Source of the DNA: a virus
Strand: one strand, 5' to 3'
DNA length: 43,656 nt
Virus record (IMG/VR): IMGVR_UViG_3300010352_001565
Coordinates: 179,055 to 222,710 of that record
The position numbers and the translations under genes were made by a program. Below are positions 36,206-43,656 of this stretch, piece after piece (the first letter of the stretch is position 1; each line of letters starts with the position of its first letter). The notes beneath the pieces were generated by a model. The model did not search any database. It was not told the origin of the DNA and saw only the letters and a list, made by a program, of their open reading frames with translations.

Positions 36206-37747
36206 ACCGTTAACCTCTGGAAATCCAGGGCAAAAGATCCCAGCCAGGTCGAGGTCATCGTTGCTGTCGATGCCACTGATACAGCCGGCATCGAGGTCTG
36301 CGAGCAGATGAGAAAGAGCAACGGAGACAACGACACGTTCGACTTCGTTATCCAGGGGTCAGAGCCGTTCAATTGCGTCAAGGGCTGGAACCTTGCAGCT
36401 GAATACTGCCGCGGCGACGTCCTGATCGCGATCTCTGATGACTTCTCACCTCCTGGACACTGGGACTCTCAGCTCATCGGAAGCTTAAGACCTGGATGGT
36501 GGTCTGAAGAGTGCGTGGTCCACGTAAACGATGGCTATGTGAAGACCATATGCACTCTTCCGATTATCACCAGAAAGCGCTATGACAAGTTTGGGTACAT
36601 CTACCACCCAAGATACCAGTCGATGTTCTGCGACACTGAGCTTACAGAGCGCGCATACCAAGACGGAGTGGTTATCGAAGCCATGCACCTCCTGTTTGAA
36701 CACGAGCACCCTGACTGTGGCAAGCGGTCCGGAGACGCTTTTGACGCCCACCACGCTTCAAAACAGAGGTGGAACGAGGGAGAGGCGATTTTCAACGAGA
36801 GGAAGAAACTCGGTTTCCCAAGTGACTCTGAGCTTGAGCAGCGCAACTCGTTTGTGGCATATTTCCAAGTCACGAAAGATGACTTCTGCTTGCTTGAAGT
36901 TTGCTTGAGGCTTGTCAGCGAGGGAGTAAAGTCGTTCCGGTTCTGCATCCCAAGCGAGTACTGGTCTGGAAAGGTGGTAAGCCAAGAAGAAATCGCGCAG
37001 GTCGAAGACGTTCATAAGCGCCTGGTCGCTGACGGACTCAACTCAAAGCTGAAGATCTTTGACGTCAAGAGTCACCGCACAGGAAAGGGACTGCTGGTAG
37101 ACGTTGAGGCCGGTGTCCGTAATGATTCTCTGGAGTGGATCCGCAGCGACGGCTTTAAGCACATCCTCGTGGTTGATGGGGACGAGCTATGGCGCACTGG
37201 GACGCTCACGCTAATCCAGCGCTGCATTAACAGCGTTCAACCGGATTCCATCAGCTGCAGGTGCATTCCAACCATCGGCCTTCCAGGACTTCCGATCGAA
37301 GGGGCTCAGGATCTCGTTGGGGTGTACATCGGAAACGGAAAAATCTTCGATAGCTGCAGGACTCCTCGCGGGAACAAGAAAGCTCTGATTGACTCGCATA
37401 ACGTCATCCATTTTACAGCCACGCGGAAAACGATGGATGAGATCATCAAGAAGCACCGAGAATCAGGTCACTACGACGACCCAAACTACGACTTCGAGGG
37501 ATGGATCTCCAGAGTGCTTCCAAACGTGCATCCAGGGATGCGCAACGCCCACATGTACAGGCCTTACCAAATCTGGCCGTTGATCAGAGCATGGACTGAC
37601 GATGAACTCGCAGACATCCCTGAATCAGTTAAAAAGTACCTTTCGCTCGCTAAGCTTGAACCTGTAAAGACTGCCAAGCAGCCAAAACGCCGCATGATAC
37701 CGTTTGCGGAGTCCCTGTCGCGCCCCAGCAACTACCGGCACGTCTAA
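36149..37747 (+). CDS. GT-A fold (GT2-like) glycosyltransferase with a C-terminal extension
   Basis: N-terminal SIKFSLCYTS ... EVIVAVDATD ... KGWNLAAEYCRGDVLIAISDDF matches the GT2 NxGxAxARNxGxxxAxGxYIxFLDxDD block. It is 532 aa. A second DGDE lies in the C-terminal half. Confidence 0.55.
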   Translation: MSIKFSLCYTSCRAHLIKQTVNLWKSRAKDPSQVEVIVAVDATDTAGIEVCEQMRKSNGDNDTFDFVIQGSEPFNCVKGWNLAAEYCRGDVLIAISDDFSPPGHWDSQLIGSLRPGWWSEECVVHVNDGYVKTICTLPIITRKRYDKFGYIYHPRYQSMFCDTELTERAYQDGVVIEAMHLLFEHEHPDCGKRSGDAFDAHHASKQRWNEGEAIFNERKKLGFPSDSELEQRNSFVAYFQVTKDDFCLLEVCLRLVSEGVKSFRFCIPSEYWSGKVVSQEEIAQVEDVHKRLVADGLNSKLKIFDVKSHRTGKGLLVDVEAGVRNDSLEWIRSDGFKHILVVDGDELWRTGTLTLIQRCINSVQPDSISCRCIPTIGLPGLPIEGAQDLVGVYIGNGKIFDSCRTPRGNKKALIDSHNVIHFTATRKTMDEIIKKHRESGHYDDPNYDFEGWISRVLPNVHPGMRNAHMYRPYQIWPLIRAWTDDELADIPESVKKYLSLAKLEPVKTAKQPKRRMIPFAESLSRPSNYRHV

Positions 37748-37992
37748 TGGACACCGACCACCTCATTTGGGAAGAGAAGAAGATCCTCGACGACTTAAGA
37801 GACTTAAGGCCAGGAGAGATCAAGCTATGGACGCTTATAAACAAAGCCTCGGCTGATCTTCCAAACCTCGGTCAAACCGCTCGTGAGAATCGCCAGGTGG
37901 TGACGTCGCTAGTTAGCCGACTCATGCGCGAGAAAAAGATCAAGCGAAACAGAAAAACAAACATGGTTCGCATTAGCGAGGTCTTCGCATGA
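37747..37992 (+). CDS. small basic protein (81 aa), possible winged-helix regulator
   Basis: A TAATG overlap couples it to the GT2 gene. The helix-turn-like segment is KLWTLINKASADLPNLGQTARENRQVVTSLVSRL. Confidence 0.35.
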   Translation: MDTDHLIWEEKKILDDLRDLRPGEIKLWTLINKASADLPNLGQTARENRQVVTSLVSRLMREKKIKRNRKTNMVRISEVFA

Positions 37993-38005
37993 AGTTCTTT
38001 TAGCA

Positions 38006-39262
38006 ATGAGCGACACCAAAAAACGCACCCCTCACAATTCTCAGTGGTCAATCGTAACTCTTAAAGAGCCAGTCCTGTGGTCCAGGACGGACAGCGAAGT
38101 GTGGATGCTGAATCCAACAGTTCGATACGTCATGAACTCAGATCAGCTCGAGCACCTCAACCACCTTGTTGACACTTGCTCAGACCTGCGAAATTCCGCG
38201 TTCCACAAGCCTCTTAACGGCCTTGCGAATCTCGCTCAGAAAAAGATTCTTGTCGAGCGCTATCGCGGACGCGGAGTCGGAGACCTGCTATTCATGACAG
38301 GTCCTCTGAATTACATCCGGCACATTTCAGGACACAGCGCGAAAATAGAGTTTTATGCTCTCGCTGAGAGGTCGCAAGTTCTCCAGCTGCATCCCGCTCT
38401 CGCTCACAAGAGCACGCTTGCTGGACCGCTGATCTACGACACCATCAACCAGTATGACTACCAGTGGTTCTCGGACTGCGTAACTGAATACGACGAAGAG
38501 AAGGATCAGCTCAACGTGTACGACGCGCTGTTCAAGCAAATCGGCATCGATCCGCAGAGCGTCGGAGCAGAGTTCAAGCGACCAAGCATTCACCTTGACG
38601 AACAGGACTTCGCGAATCTTGACACTTTCTACTACTTTGTATATGGAGATCGGCACATCGACTTGCGCAAGACAGGCTACTACGTGGTGGCTCCTCTGAG
38701 CAATGGGACGCTGAGATCGCTGCCGTACGCCTCCTGGCTAGAAATCATCTCTGAGCTGTCGAAGAAGCGCCCTGTAGTTGTGATCGGCCAGATGTCTGAA
38801 AGAGTTCCTCCGATGGACATGACTGGTGGAGAATTCTACTCCCAGGTTAACCAGCTTGCTCCGAACGTTATCAATGCCATGGGAAACACCCAGCTTCGCG
38901 TCGTGTCAGCCATTATCGCGAGAGCAACTGGCGTGGTGTGCCTGGACTCTGGCCCACTCTATATTAGCCAAGCTTTGCGCACGCCTGCCATCTCAATCTG
39001 GGGACCGCATCATCCTGGCGTTCGCATCGGATACGACAAGGACTACATGGAGCTTGCTATCTGGAATTCGAGTGCATGCAGCTACGCACCGTGCTTCGCG
39101 TACCACGGGTTTCCGACTCAAAAATGCCCACAAGGAGATTCTCAGCGCATTTGCGAAGTTCTAAAGGTCTCGCCCGTCGAAAGCGTGATAAATAAGCTTG
39201 AGAAAATCGAATCTGGAAATCCGTCCGTCACATCTTTCAAGGCCGCTAAACCCACCAAGTAA
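38006..39262 (+). CDS. GT9-family (ADP-heptose:LPS heptosyltransferase-like, GT-B fold) glycosyltransferase
   Basis: GVGDLLFMTGPL is the GT9 N-terminal motif. NAMGNTQLRVVSAIIARATGVVCLDSGPLYISQALRTPAISIWGPHHP matches the RfaF/WaaC C-terminal donor-binding block. Confidence 0.6.
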   Translation: MSDTKKRTPHNSQWSIVTLKEPVLWSRTDSEVWMLNPTVRYVMNSDQLEHLNHLVDTCSDLRNSAFHKPLNGLANLAQKKILVERYRGRGVGDLLFMTGPLNYIRHISGHSAKIEFYALAERSQVLQLHPALAHKSTLAGPLIYDTINQYDYQWFSDCVTEYDEEKDQLNVYDALFKQIGIDPQSVGAEFKRPSIHLDEQDFANLDTFYYFVYGDRHIDLRKTGYYVVAPLSNGTLRSLPYASWLEIISELSKKRPVVVIGQMSERVPPMDMTGGEFYSQVNQLAPNVINAMGNTQLRVVSAIIARATGVVCLDSGPLYISQALRTPAISIWGPHHPGVRIGYDKDYMELAIWNSSACSYAPCFAYHGFPTQKCPQGDSQRICEVLKVSPVESVINKLEKIESGNPSVTSFKAAKPTK

Positions 39263-39263
39263 T

Positions 39264-39722
39264 ATGCCTGAGCGCGAACTACCACAGCTTCCTCCCATTG
39301 ACATGGGAGATGACTTTAAATTGGATCTGTCATACTATTTGACCCAAAGCTACGACGACATAGGGCAGGCTTCAAGCGAGCTCCCTGCGGTCATCGAGTG
39401 GGTCAACATGAAGCTCCAGGAGATGGTTGAATCTCGGCTGATCGCGAAACAGCGCATAAAGGAGCTTGAAGCTGAAGCCTACTTCGATCTTAAAGGAGGA
39501 AGGTTTGCTGAGAATTACTCAGACAAGATGACAGAGACCTCCTTGGCGATGGCTGTAGCGCTTGACGAAAAGGTCAAATCAGCTCACCGAAAGCATGCTG
39601 TTCTGGCTGGGTGGGTTGAAAGACTGTCAAATTTACAAGGTTCTCTCGTGGCGAAGCTTGACCTTACTCGGTCATCCGAAGCCACTCGCCGCCAACTGAT
39701 AAGCAAACACGATTCTGAATAG
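39264..39722 (+). CDS. hypothetical protein (152 aa) ending in TAG, in frame with the SSB gene
   Basis: The ATG at 39264 follows the GT9 stop. The track ORF 39198-39722 overlaps the GT9 gene. Confidence 0.45.
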   Translation: MPERELPQLPPIDMGDDFKLDLSYYLTQSYDDIGQASSELPAVIEWVNMKLQEMVESRLIAKQRIKELEAEAYFDLKGGRFAENYSDKMTETSLAMAVALDEKVKSAHRKHAVLAGWVERLSNLQGSLVAKLDLTRSSEATRRQLISKHDSE

Positions 39723-39731
39723 TACAAATTT

Positions 39732-41243
39732 ATGAGTAATCAAGAAAAAAGTCCAGCATATCTGTCTCTCCTCGAGGAAGAGACAAGTTACATGCAAGCT
39801 AACACCTCTAACAAGGTGAAGCGCATCAAGATCCCTCTCGGACACGCGTGGCTCATGCGGTTCCTTCCGGTTGAACTGGGCCCGCGCAAATCGTTTTTTG
39901 CTCGCGTCGCAAATCACTGGGTTAATCGCCGTCCCATTCCTTGCCGACGCCACACTCATCCCGACTTTGGCGGAGACCCTCACGCTCCCTGCGCCATGTG
40001 CGATGCTTCCGAAGAGCTTAATGGCCACGGATCTCAGCGCATCTCGTCGATTGGATACGGCGCGCGGTCCATCAGCCAGTGGGTTTTGTTCGCACTGGTC
40101 TTCGAAAAAGATGACGGCGAGCGCAGCGACGTTATTAAAGCTCCTGACATGTGGGACGCTCATGAGTTTCAGATCACGAAAAACTCGTTTGAGGATCTCC
40201 TGAGCATCTTCAGAAAGGGAACGCGCCGCTGCCCGCTGAGCATCCTTGACCTCGTTCAAGGTCAGGACATTTGGGTTACGCAGAAGAAAACTGGCATACG
40301 CTTCGCTCCTGAAATGCCGAGCGCGATAACCAACAACCAAGACAAGATGCAGTCGATCGTCGACAAAATCTGGTCCGGAATTAAGTTCCAAGAGCCAAAG
40401 TTCCTTAGCTCTCGCGAACTTGAAGACGCCGCTGACAAGCTGCGAGACTCAGCTGAAGACGCTGGTCGTGGCCGTGGAGACGACCGTGATCGTGGTCGCC
40501 GAGGTGAAGACGAAGTTGAAGACTACGGGCGCGGACGCCGAGACGACAGAGGTCGCGGGCGCGACGATGACCGCGGAAGTCGCGGGCGTGACGACGATCG
40601 AAGCAGGGGCGGATACGACTCTGAAGACGATGCTCCTCGCGGGCGTCGCGGCGATGACGCTCCTCGCAGCAGGCGCGGAGAAGATGACGATGCTCCTCGC
40701 GGGCGCCGTGGAGATGATGAAGATGCTCCTCGCGGACGACGCGAAGAAGAGCCAAGAGGCCGGCACGACGACGAAGATGACGCTCCTCGCGGGAGGCGCG
40801 AGCGAGACGCCGATTCCGGACGAGATGACCGAGGGCGCGAAGATGACGACCGTGGGTCAAGAGGACGCAGTGACGATCGAGGACGCGGCGAAGACGACAA
40901 CGAAGAACGCTCTGCTCCGTCTGCTTCTCGCCGAAGCATGACTCCTCCGTCGGTGTCTCAGACTCCGCGCCAGGCACCTCCGTCTGCTTCAAAAACGCTT
41001 CCTCCTCCACCTGCGCGCGGCGGGACTAACGGAGCGCAAGAGCAGTCGATTGATGATGACGAAGCCATTCCAGAGGAACGCAGAGATCCCGCTCCTCCAG
41101 AGTCTATGCCAGAGCCCGAGCCTGAAGCTCAAGCTCCTGCAGACGCTCCTCCGCCCGTGGCTGCAGCTGGCGCTACGCCGTCAGCTCCCCGCTTGTCGCA
41201 GCGCATCCGCTCTGGAATAAACAGCCTTGACACCAGGAAATAA
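39732..41243 (+). CDS. T4 gp32-like zinc-binding ssDNA-binding protein with a long RG/D-rich disordered C-terminal tail
   Basis: RFLP at residues 43-46. Zinc ligands C71, H74/H76, C87 and C90 (CRRHTHPDFGGDPHAPCAMC); C87 and C90 are exactly as in gp32. The tail (residues 245-392) contains six DDAPRGRRG(D/E)D repeats. Confidence 0.65.
   Translation: MSNQEKSPAYLSLLEEETSYMQANTSNKVKRIKIPLGHAWLMRFLPVELGPRKSFFARVANHWVNRRPIPCRRHTHPDFGGDPHAPCAMCDASEELNGHGSQRISSIGYGARSISQWVLFALVFEKDDGERSDVIKAPDMWDAHEFQITKNSFEDLLSIFRKGTRRCPLSILDLVQGQDIWVTQKKTGIRFAPEMPSAITNNQDKMQSIVDKIWSGIKFQEPKFLSSRELEDAADKLRDSAEDAGRGRGDDRDRGRRGEDEVEDYGRGRRDDRGRGRDDDRGSRGRDDDRSRGGYDSEDDAPRGRRGDDAPRSRRGEDDDAPRGRRGDDEDAPRGRREEEPRGRHDDEDDAPRGRRERDADSGRDDRGREDDDRGSRGRSDDRGRGEDDNEERSAPSASRRSMTPPSVSQTPRQAPPSASKTLPPPPARGGTNGAQEQSIDDDEAIPEERRDPAPPESMPEPEPEAQAPADAPPPVAAAGATPSAPRLSQRIRSGINSLDTRK
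40464..40908 (+). repeat. imperfect tandem ~33-bp repeats in coding sequence (gacgatgctcctcgcgggcgccgtggagatgat) encoding the SSB tail
   Basis: All six frames are open here, which explains the spurious overlapping ORFs 40405-41010(-), 40523-40939(-) and 40420-40941(+). Confidence 0.55.
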
Positions 41244-41245
41244 AT

Positions 41246-42643
41246 ATGGCCAAAGCTGCGCCTGAAAAGCCAACGAAGCCAACCAAGAAACTCAAGGCTG
41301 GCTTCTCTAACAGCGACCTTAAAGATCGAATCGTAGCCAGCGTCAAGAGGATTGCTCCTCGCAATAAAGACGCTGGATCTATTGAGGTTTGCCGCACTAA
41401 CAAGGAAATCTTGTCAAGGGTTCGCTACGTCCTGACCACTGGCATAAAGCCATTCGACGATGCTGTCGGCGGTTTTCCATTTGGACGCGTAGTCGAGCTC
41501 TACGGGTTGGAGTCTTGCGGTAAGACTGCAGTCTGCATGCGCTCTGCAGTCAGAGCTCAGAAGCGTGAGATCTACGAGCGCATCAAAGTCGAGGACACCG
41601 AAAAGATCGAGTATGTCTTGCGCAAGATCCCGAATGACGCTGACGTGACAGTGCTCTACATTGACAACGAGCAGTCCCTTGAAGATGACGAGAAGATTGT
41701 CATTGAGGACGTTGAAATCGATGCCGTGCTTGCTCGCTGCGACACCGTGGAGCTTCTGTTCAAGACGATTGACAAGACTCTCGACGAGATCTCAGCGTTC
41801 GAGAAACAGACTGGACGCCAGCAGTTCGTGGTAGTCATCGTAGACACCATCGCAGGAACATCTTCGAAAGAAGAAATGACGAAGGACTGGGGAAAAGACG
41901 ACTACTCTCGCCAGCCAAAGCAGCTCCGCGAAGCGTTCCGCAGAATGACGCGCAAGATCAACCGCCAGAACGTCTGCATGATCTGCACCAACCAGGTGTC
42001 GGACTCTTACAAGGCCGCCCAGGCTGGAAAGAAGGGTAACAAGTCGACGCTTCCACGAGACCAGGACTTCTCAACGTTCGGTGGAAGGGCACTGAAGTTC
42101 TACGCGACTGTCCGCATCTTCATGTTCAAGATTCCTGACGTCAAGTATACGCTTGTCAAAGGAGCCCAGTTTGCCGCTGGTTTCTTGGTGGGTTTCTTCA
42201 CATCAAAAAACAGGCAGGTAAAACCGCTGCGCGAAGGTCGCATGGCGCTGCTATTCGATCGCGGGCTTGATAACACATTCAGCATCCTTGAGAGCTTGAT
42301 CTACTACGGATTCGCGGTGTATGACAAGGAAAATGGAGGTTACGCGTTCAGGTTTAACGCTTGGAAGATTCCAATGACCACCTTCGGTGGGTCTAACGCG
42401 ATTGACCTTGAAGAGGGAGATGCTGCTGAGGAGGAAAGCCGATCAGAGCGCAAGAAGAATCCGCGCATCGAATCTCGAGCTGAATGGCCCGCGTTTTACG
42501 AGGCCCACAAAGCAGACTTCGACGCCATGTGGGCTGCGGCAAAGAATTACATCTTCGCCACTGAGGGCATTGGCGGTTTCGTTGCTTCTCGCGAAGATGC
42601 AGAAGATGACACCGACGCTGACAGCACTGTAGTTGAAGATTGA
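41246..42643 (+). CDS. RecA/UvsX-like recombinase
   Basis: LTTGIKPFDDAVGGFPFGRVVELYGLESCGKT is the RecA P-loop signature. VVVIVDTIAGT is Walker-B-like. The C-terminal tail is acidic. Confidence 0.7.
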   Translation: MAKAAPEKPTKPTKKLKAGFSNSDLKDRIVASVKRIAPRNKDAGSIEVCRTNKEILSRVRYVLTTGIKPFDDAVGGFPFGRVVELYGLESCGKTAVCMRSAVRAQKREIYERIKVEDTEKIEYVLRKIPNDADVTVLYIDNEQSLEDDEKIVIEDVEIDAVLARCDTVELLFKTIDKTLDEISAFEKQTGRQQFVVVIVDTIAGTSSKEEMTKDWGKDDYSRQPKQLREAFRRMTRKINRQNVCMICTNQVSDSYKAAQAGKKGNKSTLPRDQDFSTFGGRALKFYATVRIFMFKIPDVKYTLVKGAQFAAGFLVGFFTSKNRQVKPLREGRMALLFDRGLDNTFSILESLIYYGFAVYDKENGGYAFRFNAWKIPMTTFGGSNAIDLEEGDAAEEESRSERKKNPRIESRAEWPAFYEAHKADFDAMWAAAKNYIFATEGIGGFVASREDAEDDTDADSTVVED

Positions 42644-42644
42644 T

Positions 42645-43160
42645 ATGCCAAGAATTATTGAATACGAAGACTCTCCCGACCTTCAGACGATGATCGTCGG
42701 GATGGTAACCAACACATCCTACGCCGAATTTGCTCCTCTACGCGAGCATGAAGTGCGAATCACATCATGCTTCAAGTGCGCGTACAAGGAGCAGTCGGAG
42801 GATGCTGACCCACAAACTGCTATCTCTGGGCCGCACCCAGCGAAGCTCCAGCAATTCAAAGGTCCGATCAAGCTGCAAGTCAGCTCAGACTACTGCGTTG
42901 TCATGGACTACTGCTTCTGGTTGAATGCTCCTCAGAACAAGAAGGTGGCGGCAGTTCACCACGCGCTGATGCAGATCGAGGTGCGCACAAAGCGTGAAAC
43001 CGTAGAGCTCAAGACCCGCAGACCGGATGTCGTTGAGTTCTCGCACACCATCACGCGGTTTGCCAACGACGTGGACTCCATATCTGGACTCCTACCGGTC
43101 CTCATGCAAGCTGGTGAGCGCTTCCGCGCGCAAATCAGTTCTAACCAGCAGACCGCTTAA
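42645..43160 (+). CDS. hypothetical protein (171 aa), possibly a recombination accessory protein
   Basis: The ATG is 2 nt after the recA-like stop. The track start at 42633 is a TTG. Confidence 0.45.
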   Translation: MPRIIEYEDSPDLQTMIVGMVTNTSYAEFAPLREHEVRITSCFKCAYKEQSEDADPQTAISGPHPAKLQQFKGPIKLQVSSDYCVVMDYCFWLNAPQNKKVAAVHHALMQIEVRTKRETVELKTRRPDVVEFSHTITRFANDVDSISGLLPVLMQAGERFRAQISSNQQTA

Positions 43161-43162
43161 AT

Positions 43163-43208
43163 AAAAGTTAACAAAAAGTGTTTACAAATTCTAAGTTCGT
43201 GTTAAATT
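43163..43208 (+). promoter_or_regulatory. conserved phage promoter copy 7 (variant -10 TGtTAAATT)
   Basis: gttaacaaaaagTGTTTACAaattctaagttcgTGtTAAATT. Confidence 0.55.
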
Positions 43209-43241
43209 AGAGGTTGTTAACAGTAACACATTCAACAAATT

Positions 43242-43656
43242 ATGAGTACAGCTACCACTGCTACACCCGCTATTGCGGATCCCACCATGCCAACAGTCGC
43301 ACGCGTATCTCGCGTGGAAAGCATCTTAACAGGCGAGCCTGCTTTTAAAGGCAAGCTCGGTGCCAAATCCGAAACGCTCTCCAAGCGCGACGGAACAAAG
43401 GTCAAATTCGCCCTGGGCGTTGTTCAAGTCGCGAAAGCGATTCACGCTGAAGGCAAGGACGCCGTGGCGCTCGGCAAGAACGACATCCTGAAGATTGCGA
43501 TGAAGGTCCTCGGAGTCGGAGACGGAACACCCGTTGCTCCTGGCGCCGAAGCACCCGCCGCTGAAGCACCTGCTGAAACCTCCGAAAGTTCTGCTCCGGT
43601 CGCCGAAGCCGAAACCTCGGAAGCTCCTGCTGAAGCTCCCGCTGGCGACGCCAAAA
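43242..43656 (+). CDS. partial CDS (5' part only), an Ala/Pro/Glu-rich protein that runs off the window end
   Basis: MSTATTATPAIADPTMPTVARV ... PAAEAPAETSESSAPVAEAETSEAPAEAPAGDAK. There is no stop before the window ends. The track shows only the antisense ORF 43442-43654. Confidence 0.45.
   Translation, partial: MSTATTATPAIADPTMPTVARVSRVESILTGEPAFKGKLGAKSETLSKRDGTKVKFALGVVQVAKAIHAEGKDAVALGKNDILKIAMKVLGVGDGTPVAPGAEAPAAEAPAETSESSAPVAEAETSEAPAEAPAGDAK

Noticed and set aside
40464-40908. Possible CRISPR-like or other non-coding repeat array
   Set aside because: The repeats are imperfect, in frame with and internal to the SSB gene, and have no spacer architecture. It is a coding tandem repeat.
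40405-41010. Overlapping ORFs (201 aa and 138 aa on the minus strand, 173 aa on the plus strand) in the SSB tail region
   Set aside because: The GC-rich tandem-repeat DNA keeps all frames open. The products are Arg/Ser/Ala low-complexity. The real frame is the one continuous with the gp32-like N-domain.
43442-43654. 70-aa minus-strand ORF at the window end
   Set aside because: It is antisense to the Ala/Pro/Glu-rich partial plus-strand gene that follows promoter copy 7. GCN-rich coding sequence leaves the opposite strand open.

Overview
The window is about 43.7 kb of a lytic tailed dsDNA phage genome, with GC roughly in the low-to-mid 50 % range. It is almost entirely plus-strand coded, with three minus-strand islands at 5554-8211, 21390-22952 and 31890-32607. 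Most early or middle operons start with one of seven copies of a ~45-bp conserved host-type promoter (A-rich UP element, -35 TTTACA, 16-17 bp spacer, extended -10 TGaTATAGT); in five of the seven an ATG lies only 7-10 nt after the -10, so those transcripts are leaderless.

Recognisable content:
- Replication and recombination genes: a family A DNA polymerase with an N-terminal UDG-like domain; a DnaB-like helicase plus a zinc-ribbon partner protein; a DinG/Rad3-like FeS helicase; an NAD-dependent ligase; a T4 gp32-like zinc SSB with a repetitive RG/D-rich tail; a RecA/UvsX-like recombinase.
- Packaging and structural genes: a large terminase with a putative small subunit upstream; a LysM/gpX-like protein; two tandem paralogs; a 1018-aa fibre-like protein.
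- Two free-standing homing endonucleases (HNH, and GIY-YIG with NUMOD3 and AP2 domains).

Unusual accessory content:
- Three paralogous amidoligases of the GCS2 / COOH-NH2 ligase family, together with a class-II (Ntn, Cys1) glutamine amidotransferase and small zinc-ribbon proteins.
- A tandem GT2-like and GT9 (heptosyltransferase-like) glycosyltransferase pair.
- An AbiEii/MNT-like nucleotidyltransferase directly behind an early promoter.
- A very acidic 371-aa protein that could be a DNA mimic.
- A tRNA with anticodon CUA (amber suppressor) next to a PTH2-type peptidyl-tRNA hydrolase. The gene between the tRNA and PTH2 is in frame with PTH2 and separated from it only by two TAG codons, which suggests suppressor-dependent readthrough fusion. 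A second TAG-bridged in-frame junction precedes the SSB gene.

No CRISPR array, rRNA or integrase was seen.
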